The notes beneath the pieces are model-generated. The model saw nothing but the letters and a program-made list of their open reading frames with translations, did not search any database and was not told where the DNA came from. Below are positions 1 to 10,410 of a stretch of DNA of 32,906 nucleotides, piece by piece. The stretch comes from Octopus bimaculoides (lineage: Eukaryota): NCBI RefSeq assembly GCF_001194135.2, contig NC_069001.1:19025006-19057911 (forward strand). Direction: 5' to 3'. Made by a program: the position numbers and the translations under genes. Position 1 is the first letter of the stretch. Each line of letters begins with the position of its first letter.

Positions 1-19
1 AATTGTGGGGTATGAGTTG

Positions 20-200
20 ATCTATATATAGCGTTAAGAGGGCTCCCAGATGGCTTCAGAATTTTACTCTATCACGTGACCTTATTAGGGGCCGTGATTG
101 GTCAGTTTGCGTTCTGGCGGGAAAGGTTCGAAGAAGTTGCCGATTCGAATAATGATCGTCACGTGATGACAAGGAATGGGTTCTCTACTACGCTCGCATT
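20..200. promoter_or_regulatory. CpG-rich promoter-like patch with two extended E-boxes and an inverted CCAAT box
   Basis: About 12 CpGs in the first 200 bp of otherwise CpG-poor DNA; ATCACGTGAC at 71-80, its reverse complement GTCACGTGAT at 158-167, ATTGG at 97-101. No transcript evidence. Confidence 0.45.
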
Positions 201-328
201 TATTTATATTTAAATGAGAAGAATGGTGATAGCAGTTTTGTATCTAATGGTGGTAGGTAGTTTCACTACATATATATTATATGCCGGCCACTGCTTTAAT
301 TGTTTTATCCTTTATTATTATTAAATAG

Positions 329-364
329 GGAGAGCATGCTAATAGTGAAGGATTATCAATCCAG
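329..364 (+). CDS. Candidate upstream 36-nt exon of the C1orf21 homolog (xESMLIVKDYQS + split R)
   Basis: T-rich tract ending TAG at 326-328; donor CAG|GTAAAA after 364; the 2-nt overhang AG joins the first G of exon 6245 to give AGG (Arg) in the conserved frame; in-frame ATG at 336. No recognised homology for this segment. Confidence 0.3.
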
Positions 365-531
365 GTAAAATACTTCATAAGCTCTCTGTTGGCACACCAG
401 GCTAACAATATTGTTTTGAATAGTGAAGAACTTCAAGTATTCTTATGGTAGAGTGCAAGGTTATGGTTCATCACAATTCTATATTGTAAATCCGCAGTTG
501 GGTTCCAGACAAACTGGTTTTTAGAGAGTGA

Positions 532-746
532 TATATAAGACCAGTTGTAGATAATGGTCTTTACATATTTTTTCCTTTATTAGAGCAAATTTGGCTTACA
601 ATTGTTTCCAGTAGTCATTATAGGTATGTTACTGACAGGTTTACTCAATTGGTCTGTTGATCAGTTAAGAAAAATTGAATGACCTAAAAAAATTAATGAT
701 ACTTTCGTTGGAGCCATTTCTGGTTATAACAAAGCAGAACACTGAA
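532..746 (+). repeat. Left arm of ~215-bp inverted repeat (partner 4265-4479)
   Basis: Hand alignment to the reverse complement of 4265-4479 gives roughly 90% identity. Confidence 0.92.
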
Positions 747-1011
747 GGAATGTTGAGTGTAGGATAGGGAGGAAAAGATGGGAAAATACAAGTAGAATAT
801 AGAAAAGGAGAAAGACAGGTTACAAAGGGGCGAAGAGAAGTAATGAAAGGATAGAGGAAGGGGTCACTTAACAGAAGCAGAGGTATAGGATGACCAAGAT
901 TTGGAAAAAGGACAGTCATAAACATTAATGTTTGTAATTAGCTCAACACAGATGAACATATTAGCATTGTTTTTAGGTTAGATATTCTCCAAATGTTGTA
1001 ATGTTATTATC

Positions 1012-1437
1012 AGTTTTGAATATGCCAGTGGCACATTCTAACTTGTAAACAAGCCTTTCACTGTGTTTTGCCATGAAAAAAATTTCTCACTGTAGACAAA
1101 TCATGTAAATACACCTACATCAGCTCACAACACTGCCTATCCAGACTGTGAGATGCAAGCATTTTGAAGTGGTTATCTCCTCTTCAGTCACAGAAACCAT
1201 ATGGTGGCACTGCGAGCAGTTAAGAGGGACAATTTATTTTATGCTATTCCAGTTATTGTAGATCGGTTGGGAGCACTAATCAATAGCTCACAGTAAACAA
1301 ATTATGGGCTGGGAGCACTAAGCAGTGATACGTATAAATGCAATGTTATTACCAGTTCAAATATGCCAGTGGCGCGTTCGAATTTGCAAATAAGCCAATT
1401 TCTTGCTGTAGACAAATGGTGTAAATACACCTAAATC
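1012..1437 (+). repeat. Diverged direct repeat pair (~1012-1131 and ~1352-1437)
   Basis: Both contain ATATGCCAGTGGC...CTGTAGACAAAT..TGTAAATACACCTA; the second copy lacks ~30 nt. Confidence 0.75.
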
Positions 1438-2795
1438 TCCCAATGTTGTGTTCAAATTTGATATGGGCCATTTATACACATGGTCAACCTAAGTCTTTAA
1501 TATTTGGTCATTGCTATCAACCATAGTAGGGGAATTGTATTAGAAGATGAATGAAATATCAGTAGTAATCATATTGTGCTGTAGAGGTCAAGAAAGCTCT
1601 GATTAGCTAGGATATAAAATACTGATTGATTGAGAGATGTGAGGTTGAAATGAGATAGAGTCAAGTTGAGTTGTTGAAATTAACCTCATTACATGAGTTT
1701 TAAAATTTAAACCATTAATTAAATTACGGATTAAAATTTGAACTAAAGTTAAAAATTTCTAAATTTAGCATTAAAGCAAACTAAAGATTAAAAGAATTAA
1801 AACAATAATGATGATGATGATGATGACAACATCAACAACACCAATAGCAATAATATTAAACATCTTGCAAATGGACAGAGATTTAGAGACGTATTACTCG
1901 AAGCCTTTGACGAAATAGAAAGGGATATAGCTTTACACAATGTGGAAGACAACTGGAGGTTTCTACAGAACAACCTGCTGAGGGTCACTGACCAGATCTG
2001 TGGATGGTGCAAAGTCCCCTCTCGACCCAAGATAACGTGGTGGTGAAACAATGTTGTTGGCAGGGCTATTAGAGAAAAGAAACAGGCTTGGAAGGACTGG
2101 AAGAACGGTGGTAGCAGGGAATTGTATCAGACTGCCAGAAGGGAAGCTAGGTGATAGGTTTATTTAGCCAGAGGGGAAGCAGATAAGAAAAAATTTGCCA
2201 ATGTTCTGCAGGAGAAATACCTAGCCAAAGATAAACCTCTGTACTTGGCTTTTGTTGACATGGAGAAAGCCTTTGACAGGGTCTCCCAATCCCTTATCTG
2301 GTAGTCAATGAGGAAACTAGGGATAGATGAATGGTTAGTGAGAGCTGTGCAAGCCATGTACAGGGACACTGTCAGTTAGGTGAGGGTTGGCAACGAGTAC
2401 TGTGAAGAATTCCGGGTAGAGGTAGGGGTCCACCAAGGTCCAGTTCTCAGTCTCCTCCTATTTATCATAGTCCTCCAGGCAATAACAGAGGAATTCAAGA
2501 CAGGATGCCCCTGGGAGCTCCTCTATGCTGATGACATTGCACTAATTGCTGAGTCACTATCAGAACTAGAAGAGAAGTTTCAGGTGTGGAAGCAAGGATT
2601 AGAATCGAAGGGCTTTAGAGTCAACCTAGCTAAAACCAAAGTCCCAATAAGTAGGAAGGCAGACAAACCACAAACCCCTTCAGGTAGATGGCCCTGCACG
2701 ATATGTAGAAAAGGTGTAGGTAGAAACTCCATAAGATGTACCCAGTGTAAGCTATGGACACATAAGAGGTGCAACAATATCAAAGGAAGGCTAAC

Positions 2796-2869
2796 TGGGA
2801 AGATAGTTTTTGTATGTGGCTGGGAAGATAGTTTTTGTATTGTTAACTGGAAAGATAGTTTTTGTATTG
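2796..2869 (+). repeat. Three tandem ~26-bp copies (TGGGAAGATAGTTTTTGTAT) inside the LINE ORF
   Basis: Units start at 2796, 2821 and 2848. Confidence 0.9.
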
Positions 2870-3631
2870 CTCAGGAACAATAAACACTGAAAATGTGCAG
2901 AGAACAACTTCTGCCACATTCCAGGGAGAAAAACTGGAAGTACTTGATAGCTTCCATTACCTAGGTGACCAAGTCATTAGTGGGGGTGGCTGCTCTGAAA
3001 GTGTAGCTGCTAGAATAAGAACAGAGAACTCTTACCTCTGCTGGTGACAAAGTAAAAGGCAGACTGTATGACGCATGTGTATGAACAGCCATGCTACATG
3101 GCAGTGAAATATGGGTGGTGACTGCTGAGGACATGCGTAAGCTCGCAAGGAATGAAGCCAGTATGCTCCGCTAGGTGTGTAATGTCAGTGTGCATATTCA
3201 ACAGAGTGTAAGTACCTTGAGAGAAAAGTTGGACCTAAGAAACATCAGATGTGGTGTGCATGAGAGATGACTGCACTGGTATGATCATGTGGTGAGAATG
3301 GATGAGGATAGCTGTGTGAAAAATTGCCACACCCTAGCAGTTGAGGGAACATGTGGAAGAGGTAGACCCAGGAAGACATGGGATGAGGTGGTGAAGCACA
3401 ACCTTTAAACATTAGGCCTCACCAAGGCAGTGACTAGTGACCGAAACCTTTAGCAATATACTGTGCTTGAGAAGACCTAGCAAGCCAAGTGAGACCATAA
3501 CCTGTGGCCTATGCTAGTGGTGTGACCATCCCACTTATGCGTACCTTTCCTTCATTGGACACTAAACTCTGCTTACAAAGACCTGTTGAGGCAAGTGAAA
3601 TCGAAATCAAATTCGATGACAGCACTGCATG

Positions 3632-3950
3632 ACTGGCATCCGTGCTAGTGGAGCGCTAAGAGCACCATCTGAGTGTGATCATTGCTAGAGTAGCTGACTG
3701 GCTTCTGTGCTGGTGGCACGTAAAAAGCACCATTCGAGCGGGATCGTTACCAGTGTTGCCTTACTGGCTTTTGTTCCAGTGGGATGTGAAAAAATATTCG
3801 AGCAAGGTTGTTGCCAGTGCCGCTGGACTGGGTGCTATGCAGGTGGCATGTAAAAACACCATTTGAGCGCAACCGTTGCCAGTACCGCCTACTGGCCCTC
3901 GTGCCGATAGCACATAAAAGCACCCATTACACTTTTGAAGTGGTTCGCTT
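3632..3950 (+). repeat. Five diverged ~65-bp tandem units in the LINE 3' UTR
   Basis: ACTGG-initiated units at 3632, 3697, 3763, 3827 and 3891, most with GTG...GGCA.GTAAAA.GCACC. Confidence 0.85.
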
Positions 3951-4031
3951 TAGGAAGGGCATCCAGCTGTAGAAACTCTGCCAGATCAGATTGGAGCCTG
4001 GTGTAGCCATCTGGTTCACCAGTCCTCAGTC

Positions 4032-4041
4032 NNNNNNNNNN
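4032..4041. other. Assembly gap (10 N) with duplicated flanks
   Basis: 4003-4031 is identical to 4042-4070. Confidence 0.95.
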
Positions 4042-4264
4042 GTAGCCATCTGGTTCACCAGTCCTCAGTCAAATTGTCCAACCTATGCCAGCATGGAAAG
4101 CGGACGTTAAACAATGATGATGATGAGGAGGATTAATAAAATAATAATATAAAATAAGAAAAAAAATAATAATGATGTAATAATAAAACAACACTAAAGA
4201 GGTAAAAAAATAACAACAGTAATGAAATAAAAAGGAAAATTAAAAATTTAAAAAATGAAAAGAT

Positions 4265-4479
4265 TTCAGTGTTCTGCTTTGTTATAACCAGAAATGGCTC
4301 TGATGAAAGTAGCATTAATTTTTTTAGGTCGTTCAATTTTTCTCAACCAATCAATAGACTGATTGAGTAAACCTATCAGTAACATACCTATAATGACTAC
4401 TGGAAACAGTTGTGAGCCAAATTTGCTCTAATAAAGTTTAAATATGTAATGACCATTATCTACAACTTGTCTTATATAT
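4265..4479 (-). repeat. Right arm of ~215-bp inverted repeat (partner 532-746)
   Basis: Reverse complement matches 532-746; outer ends lie in TATA runs. Confidence 0.92.
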
Positions 4480-4682
4480 AAATACAGAAACACATGCATG
4501 CATGCATACATACATACAAACAAACAAGTAAAGCATATAAAAGATATATACAAAATTCGTAGGATGTAGCAGGATGATATACACAAATTAAATAAGTGTG
4601 TGTGTGTATGGCATATAGTTACATAAAATCTGCATGGAAGATTTTATATACAAGTTATACAGCAAGTTAGGTGGAGAGTCTA

Positions 4683-5962
4683 CAGGGAGTCAACAAATTT
4701 TTTCACACACTGCAAGCACCTATTGCATATATTGATATAGACTATGTGACATTATTTTTTTGGATGGACATAATAGAATGCTTACTTTAACATCACCTTG
4801 GACAACCCTTTCAAACTTTTTTATGCAAATTTTCTAGTGCAAAGGCAGCATGCAGTTCTCCAATATAATCATTATCCTTCAAGAAATCTTTCTTGAGAAA
4901 AAAATTTTTTTTTATGGGGGATGAAAATGCATTCAAAGGAAGAGAGAAGAAAAGTAGCTGTTGATTTGAAGATTTCAAAGTCTACAGTGGAATATATGTT
5001 TAAAAATGACTATAACTAGAAGAAAGGAGGAAAGAAAAAGTCACTTGGGAAGAAAACTCAAAGGTGAATGAAGATGACTGTATCATATGTACTGGCAGCT
5101 GGAAGAAAGGCAATAGCATGGAACATGAAGGAGAAATGCAAAATAGCTGTAAATATTCGAACAGTTTAAAGAATGCTGAAAGAAATTGGATACAAGTATG
5201 GAAAGGCCATGAGGAAAAAGCGAAATACATAAGGCATGGTTAGACTGCAAAATTGTGGTTAACTACTCCTGTTGATTTTACCGAAGTAATTTTTACTGAT
5301 GAGAAGTGATTTAAGGCTGATGGACTCAACAGCTGGTGCTCTTGGTCAAGGAAAGATGAACCGGTGATGCTGAACAAAAACCAGATGAGCAGAGGTGGTA
5401 TGTAATGGTATGGAGCAGGGTTAGGAGTGACTGGAAGGAAGACAGAACAGCATGAATTACATCCAGTTGTTAAAAAACAAGAGAAGAAATAGCAGATAAT
5501 TTTATTTTATCCTCTAATAAAATACCTGCAGCATTCACAAGTCAAAAACAGTCAAAGAATGGAAGCAAGATGTGAAAATAAGTCTACTGGACTGGCTAGG
5601 AAATGTCACAGTTTGTCTAGTGAGGCAGAATTATGGAAATGGACTTTAGGAGCCTAGAGAAACAAAAAGAGATGTTATGATGAAAAATGTTTGTGTGGTA
5701 TAACGAACAAATATTGCAAGTGATTGAAAAGAAAGACAAGTGTGTGGACTACTAACTGAAGCTGAGTTGTAATGTCTGAAAAATATTGTCGGATGATTTT
5801 ATTAAAATTTTTATAAAACACCACTTAAACGTTTGCATACATGCTCAGGGAGTGCAATCACAACAAGAATATTATGAATACATCTACATTGTTTTATTCT
5901 AAAAGTGTGTTTATCGTTAAGTGTCTGTAAGCAGGTGTCTGGAAAAATGTATCAACCCTCTG
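4683..5962 (+). mobile_element. Ancient full-length Tc1-like transposon, transposase heavily degraded
   Basis: TA flanks at 4681-82 and 5963-64; degenerate TIRs (21/29 matches counting the TA; CAGGGAGTCAAC.. vs CAGAGGGTTGAT..); remnants LKISKSTV, VIFTDEK*FKADG, VKEWKQDVKISLLDW; 1280 bp. Confidence 0.7.
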
Positions 5963-5964
5963 TA

Positions 5965-6150
5965 TAGGAATCACATAGAAGGTAGAGGGAGAGTCTTTAG
6001 GAATCACATAGAAGGGAGAGGAAGAACTTAAGAGTTAAATAGAAGGGAAAAGAGAGTTTATATGAGTCATGTAGAAAGTAGAGGGAGATTGTTGGCATCC
6101 CATAGAAGGGAGAGTCTATAGGAGTTGTGTAGAAGATAGAAAGATGATGT
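5965..6150 (+). repeat. Degenerate purine-rich ~30-bp minisatellite
   Basis: Recurring AGGAATCACATAGAAGG-like units. Confidence 0.7.
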
Positions 6151-6244
6151 ATATTCTCCAGCACTTTTAAGCCATTTCCTGTTATATAATTCCAATCTAT
6201 TGTCCAGTTAACCATGAACCAATAATATTTTGATTATATTTCAG

Positions 6245-6299
6245 GATTACACGTAGTCAATTGGAATTTTTTAGAATGTTAGATGAAAAAATTGCTCAG
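6245..6299 (+). CDS. C1orf21: Penultimate coding exon of C1orf21/DUF4612 homolog (x-ITRSQLEFFRMLDEKIAQ)
   Basis: Acceptor TTATATTTCAG at 6244, donor CAG|GTGAGT at 6300; 1+54 nt; matches recalled human ISESQQEFFRMLDEKIEK; splices in frame to 15618. Confidence 0.92.
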
Positions 6300-6910
6300 G
6301 TGAGTTGATCTAGGTTTTTTGTTTGCTTTCTTTTATAATTTTGTTTTAATATTGAATTAGTGAGGTTGAGTTAGTGAATATTGTTGTTCAGCCTATATAA
6401 GTGTGTGTATACACACACACATGCAAATTATATATAATATATAGTATATATGTATGTATGTTTTATACACAAACTAAAATAATACATGTATATTATTTAG
6501 CAACAGCAAGAAAGAGGATTCAACATTGGAGCATATTTACATTTGTCCTCTCCCTCTCCCTTTCATGTGTCTTCTCTCTAATTACTTCTATCAAAGCTAT
6601 CATGGAATACACTTGCCCAAAGTTTGGTCCTAGACCATGAGTTTGAGCTACCTTCCTGGGTGAACTGAGTTCCAAGCACAGTTTGGCATTTTTTCCCATT
6701 TAGCCGAACCTCATAAATCTTAATCCCCTTCTCTAGTAGGCATCCGTCAGCCTCAAGTGACAATGGATCTGCACCTGAAGAAACCGTCAGCTGCTGATAG
6801 CAATGCAGCATCTGTTGTGGTTGTATAGGCCCACACATGAATGACTGTCACACAGCGGCTGCATTGGAAGGAGCTCTTTACCGGCACTACTGGTTTTTCC
6901 TTCCTTCGAG

Positions 6911-7027
6911 GAAACTCTGCCAAATCAGATTGGAGCCTGGTGTAACCATCTGGTTTCACCAGTCCTCAGTCAAATCGTCCAATCCATGCTAACATGGAAA
7001 GCGGACGTTAAACGACGATGATGATGA
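6911..7027 (+). mobile_element. RTE/SINE 3' tail fragment with (GAT)n
   Basis: Near-identical to ~3972-4125. Confidence 0.9.
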
Positions 7028-10000
7028 GTGGCAAGTTCCTGTTTTCCTTCTGCTCACTTCATCCCCTTTCACAGTATTTGTCTCCAGTGTAGGTGATCAT
7101 TTACAACCTCCTCCCATCTCAGGACATTTAGATCAAGCAATTTCATATTCCTCTTACAGACGTCCTTGAAGCAAAGATGAGGTCATTCTCATGCTCTTGT
7201 GCTGGTAGCCAATTCCCCATACAGGAGATCTTTTGGGATCTTCCCATCCAGCAAGCAATGTGCATGACAGCCAGTGCAGATAATGCTGCTGGAGCAGGGT
7301 GAATATGTTAGCTATCTTGGCGTAGTTGAGGACTTCAGTCTGAATGCTGGTGTTTTGCACTATCTACTTGATATCCAAGATGCATCTCAAATTACGAAGT
7401 GGAAGACGTTGAGATACTGCTCCTGTCTGGAGTAGAGGCTCCATGCCTCACTGCCATAAAGTCGCATACTAAGGATGCACACCTTATAGACAGCAATCTT
7501 GGTGTTTACAGCCAGTTCTCTGTTTTCCCAGATTCTCTTTGTGAGCCTGGAAAATGTGGAGGATGCTTTTCCAATTCGCCTGTTGATCTTAGGGTCTAGG
7601 GAGAGGTTGTCAGCGATGGTACAGCTGAGGTAGGTGAATTCATGCACTACTCTAGCTTGTAGTTGTTGATGGTGGGCCAGTACTTTGGTCTTCTTCATAC
7701 AGATAGTCAGGCTGAATTCCTGACAGGCTTTGAAAGTTTATCCACAAGGTGTTGCATTTGCTCCCCAGAGTGCGCTGTCAGTGCTGCATCATCCGCAAAC
7801 AGCATTTCTCTGATGAGTACCTGGCACACTCTGGATTTTGCTTTCGCTTTCGACAGACTAAACAGTTTACTGTTTGATTTGGTATGAAGGTAAACACCAT
7901 CAGTTGATGTCCCAAATGCATGTTTCAGCATGACTGCAAAGAAGATGCCAAACAGGCTGGGGACAAGCACACAGCCCTGCTACATGCCTCTACATATGTT
8001 GAACGTCTCTGAAGAAGAGCCATCAAATTGAATGATGCCTTTCATATCCGTGTGAAATGATTGGACAATCTTGAGTCTTGGAGGACAGCCAATCTTGGCA
8101 AGGATTTTGAACTGGCTGTCTCTACTGACTAGGTCAAAAACCTTTGTGCCTTTGCTCTCAGCACATCTCTTGATGATGGTGGAGCATTCTGATCTGAAAC
8201 CACACTGAGATTCAGGGTATACCCTCTCAGCAATTTTCTGTAGTCTGCTTAGGACTACATGGACCTTCCGGATGATACTTAACAGTGAGATACCTTGGTA
8301 ATTATTGCAGTCCCTTTTGTCCCATTTGTTCTTATATAGGGTGACAATGTTGCAGTCTCTCATGTCTTGTGGTACTGATCCCTCCTCCCAGCACTGACAC
8401 ACTAGTTTCAGCAAGTGGATGAGTAGAACTCTCCTTGCACATCTAATGATCTCTGGTGGGATGCCATCCAAACCTGGTGCTTTTCCTGTGGGCAAGCTGT
8501 CGATGGCTCTGCTCAGTTTTTCAGCAGTTGGCTCCATGAGAGGTAGGTGTTCAACGTTGTCTAGTGCACTATCCAAGATGTTTTCCTTGGCATAGAGTTT
8601 GGAATAATGTTCCACCCATCTCTCCAGCTGCTCTCTTTTACTTTTGATGACTTCCACTGTTCTGGATTTGAGTGGAACTATCTTGCTCTGAGTTGGGCTG
8701 ATGGCTTTCTTGATACCCTCGTACATTCAGCAAATGTTGCCCATGTCAAATAACAGTTGGATATCTACATATAATTGTTACTAGGATTCATTTGCACACC
8801 ATCTCACTGTCTTCTGCTTGTTCTTCCTTGCTGATCTCAATGCTTGCAACATTTTTCTTCCATGAGGGTATTGAGCTCCTTCACACTCACCTCAAACTAG
8901 TCTTGTGGCATTTTCCCCTTCCTCTCAATGCTGTAGATGATGTCCCTGAGAGTCTCATCTCTGCTGAACATTGCTTTCCAGTGGGTCTGCAAGGAGGGTG
9001 TCTTCCAGTGTCTTAAGGAATGCATCTTAGTTGGCTGTTGGGTTGCAGTAGCATTGATGTGCTGCTTGCCTGGGGGCTTGGCACAGTGCATCATTTTTAG
9101 CTATAATTTGAGATTGCAGCAAACCAAGGAGTGGTCTGTGTCACAGTCAGTGCTCTGAAAAGACTGAGTTAGAACATTCCTCAGGTGGTTTCATCTTGTG
9201 GTGATCAGATCTAGCTGCTGCCAGTGCCCTGAGTGAGGGTGATGCCAAGAGGCCCTGTGTTGAGCTTTGGCATGGAAGAAGGTGTTGGTGACACATAGTC
9301 CATGGAGCATGCAGAGCTCAAGCAGCCGTTACCCATTTTCATTCATCTTGTCAAACCTGTACCGACCTAGACACACTGTCCAGGAGTTGTGATGAGCTCC
9401 CACTCTGGCGTTGAAATCACCAAGTAGCACCAGCTGTTCTCTAAATGGGGTACCTTGTATTTTCCTAGAAACTGATCATAGAACTTATCCTTGACATCTT
9501 GTGTGGAGTAGAGGGTTGGAGCATAAGCACTGAGGCTGACAAACCCCTCAGAAGTGTGCAATTGAAGTGAGAGTATCTGCTCCAAACCGTAGCTGCTGAG
9601 TTCTACCAGCTCCAGCAGAGAGTTTTTCACAGCAAAGCCAACACCATGCTCTCTGACTTCATGTATGCCTTTCCCTTGCCAGGAAAAAGTATGTTCTCTT
9701 TCACGAAGGGTCCTTGAATCTGGGAGCCTCGTTTCCTATGGTTGATCACTGCTTTCTTGCATGTGTCACTGATCTTTTGAAGGTCCTCTGACAGACCAGT
9801 TGTCATAATTTTTATGTTCCAACATTCGAGTCTGAATGCTGGTGTTTTGCGTTATTTGTTGTTTTTTTTTCTTGATGCAGTGTTCTGTGCTCACTCGTGG
9901 GTTTCGTCTTTTTTTTTTTTTAGCCCATGATTGGGGATATTAGATTTGCTAAGCCCCACACACCTAACTAACTGGGTGCTGCCCAGCTTGAGGTTGGTGG

Positions 10001-10410
10001 TAGCTGTCCAGTGAGGTACAATGACCTCTCCTCCTGTCAAATGCAGACCCTGGCATGTTGCTCTTACATCAATTATGTGCAGGCTTAAAACCGGTAGACT
10101 ACTGCTTTCCATGTTTTACCGCCATTGTTAGACAGCACTGGAGTCTCCTCTCCAGGGTGCTGACCTGGACAGTTTTTCCATGGAGATCAACAGTTACCCA
10201 TGCAGCACGTTTCCCCTCTCCACCGCCACTAATGTTATCCATGGGAAGGGTAAGAATCAATACGATTTGACACCAGTAGGGCTGCAGGAGTTGCTAGAGC
10301 AAGATTGTTTATAGCATCAAACTACCTTAAGGACTCTGGCTCCGGATTTATCCTCAGGGTTTACTCCTGAAGCTTTTCCCTTAAGTGGGCGTTACTGCAA
10401 GGCAGCAGAG
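7028..10410 (-). mobile_element. Near full-length decayed RTE (BovB-like) LINE, antisense in the last C1orf21 intron
   Basis: Minus strand: 5' UTR ~9880-10410; APE (CWNIKIM, SAYAPT..KDKFYDQ, MNENG*RLLELC, DCDTDH); RT (KAPGLDGIPPE, YQGISLLS, PESQCGFR, MLFADD, LYGSEAW); C-terminus CFKDVCKRNMK; multiple stops and frameshifts. Confidence 0.95.

Larger units (their letters stand above)
1860..4125 (+). mobile_element. 5'-truncated, internally deleted RTE-clade LINE with RT pseudogene, 3' UTR and (GAT)n tail
   Basis: Translates to LAFVDMEKAFDRV, GVHQG, LLYADD, a Cys/His finger and C-terminal GRGRPRKTWDEVVK (ends ~3490), with several stops; the KKFANVL|QEKYLAK junction near 2210 appears to skip the RT N-terminus; tail GCATGGAAAGCGGACGTTAAAC+(GAT)n. 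Confidence 0.93.

Noticed and set aside
120-150. GAA/TTC triplets suggesting a heat-shock element
   Set aside because: Spacing is 3 nt rather than the 2 nt required for nGAAn inverted arrays.
176-217. ATG in good context giving MGSLLRSHLFIFK*, superficially like an MG- myristoylated start
   Set aside because: It stops after 13 codons with no usable donor; at most a uORF.
3632-3950. Regularly spaced repeats as a CRISPR-like array
   Set aside because: Whole units are homologous with no unique spacers, in a eukaryotic LINE 3' UTR.
4003-4070. 29-bp direct duplication
   Set aside because: It flanks a 10-N gap exactly, so it is an unmerged contig overlap.
5925-5940. 16-nt identity CTGTAAGCAGGTGTCT with 32579-32594
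   Set aside because: The two sites are in unrelated elements, and one 16-mer match in 33 kb is compatible with chance.
6578-6900. Minus-strand ORF with LNGKKCQT resembling an RT motif
   Set aside because: No other RT motifs nearby; cannot be assigned.
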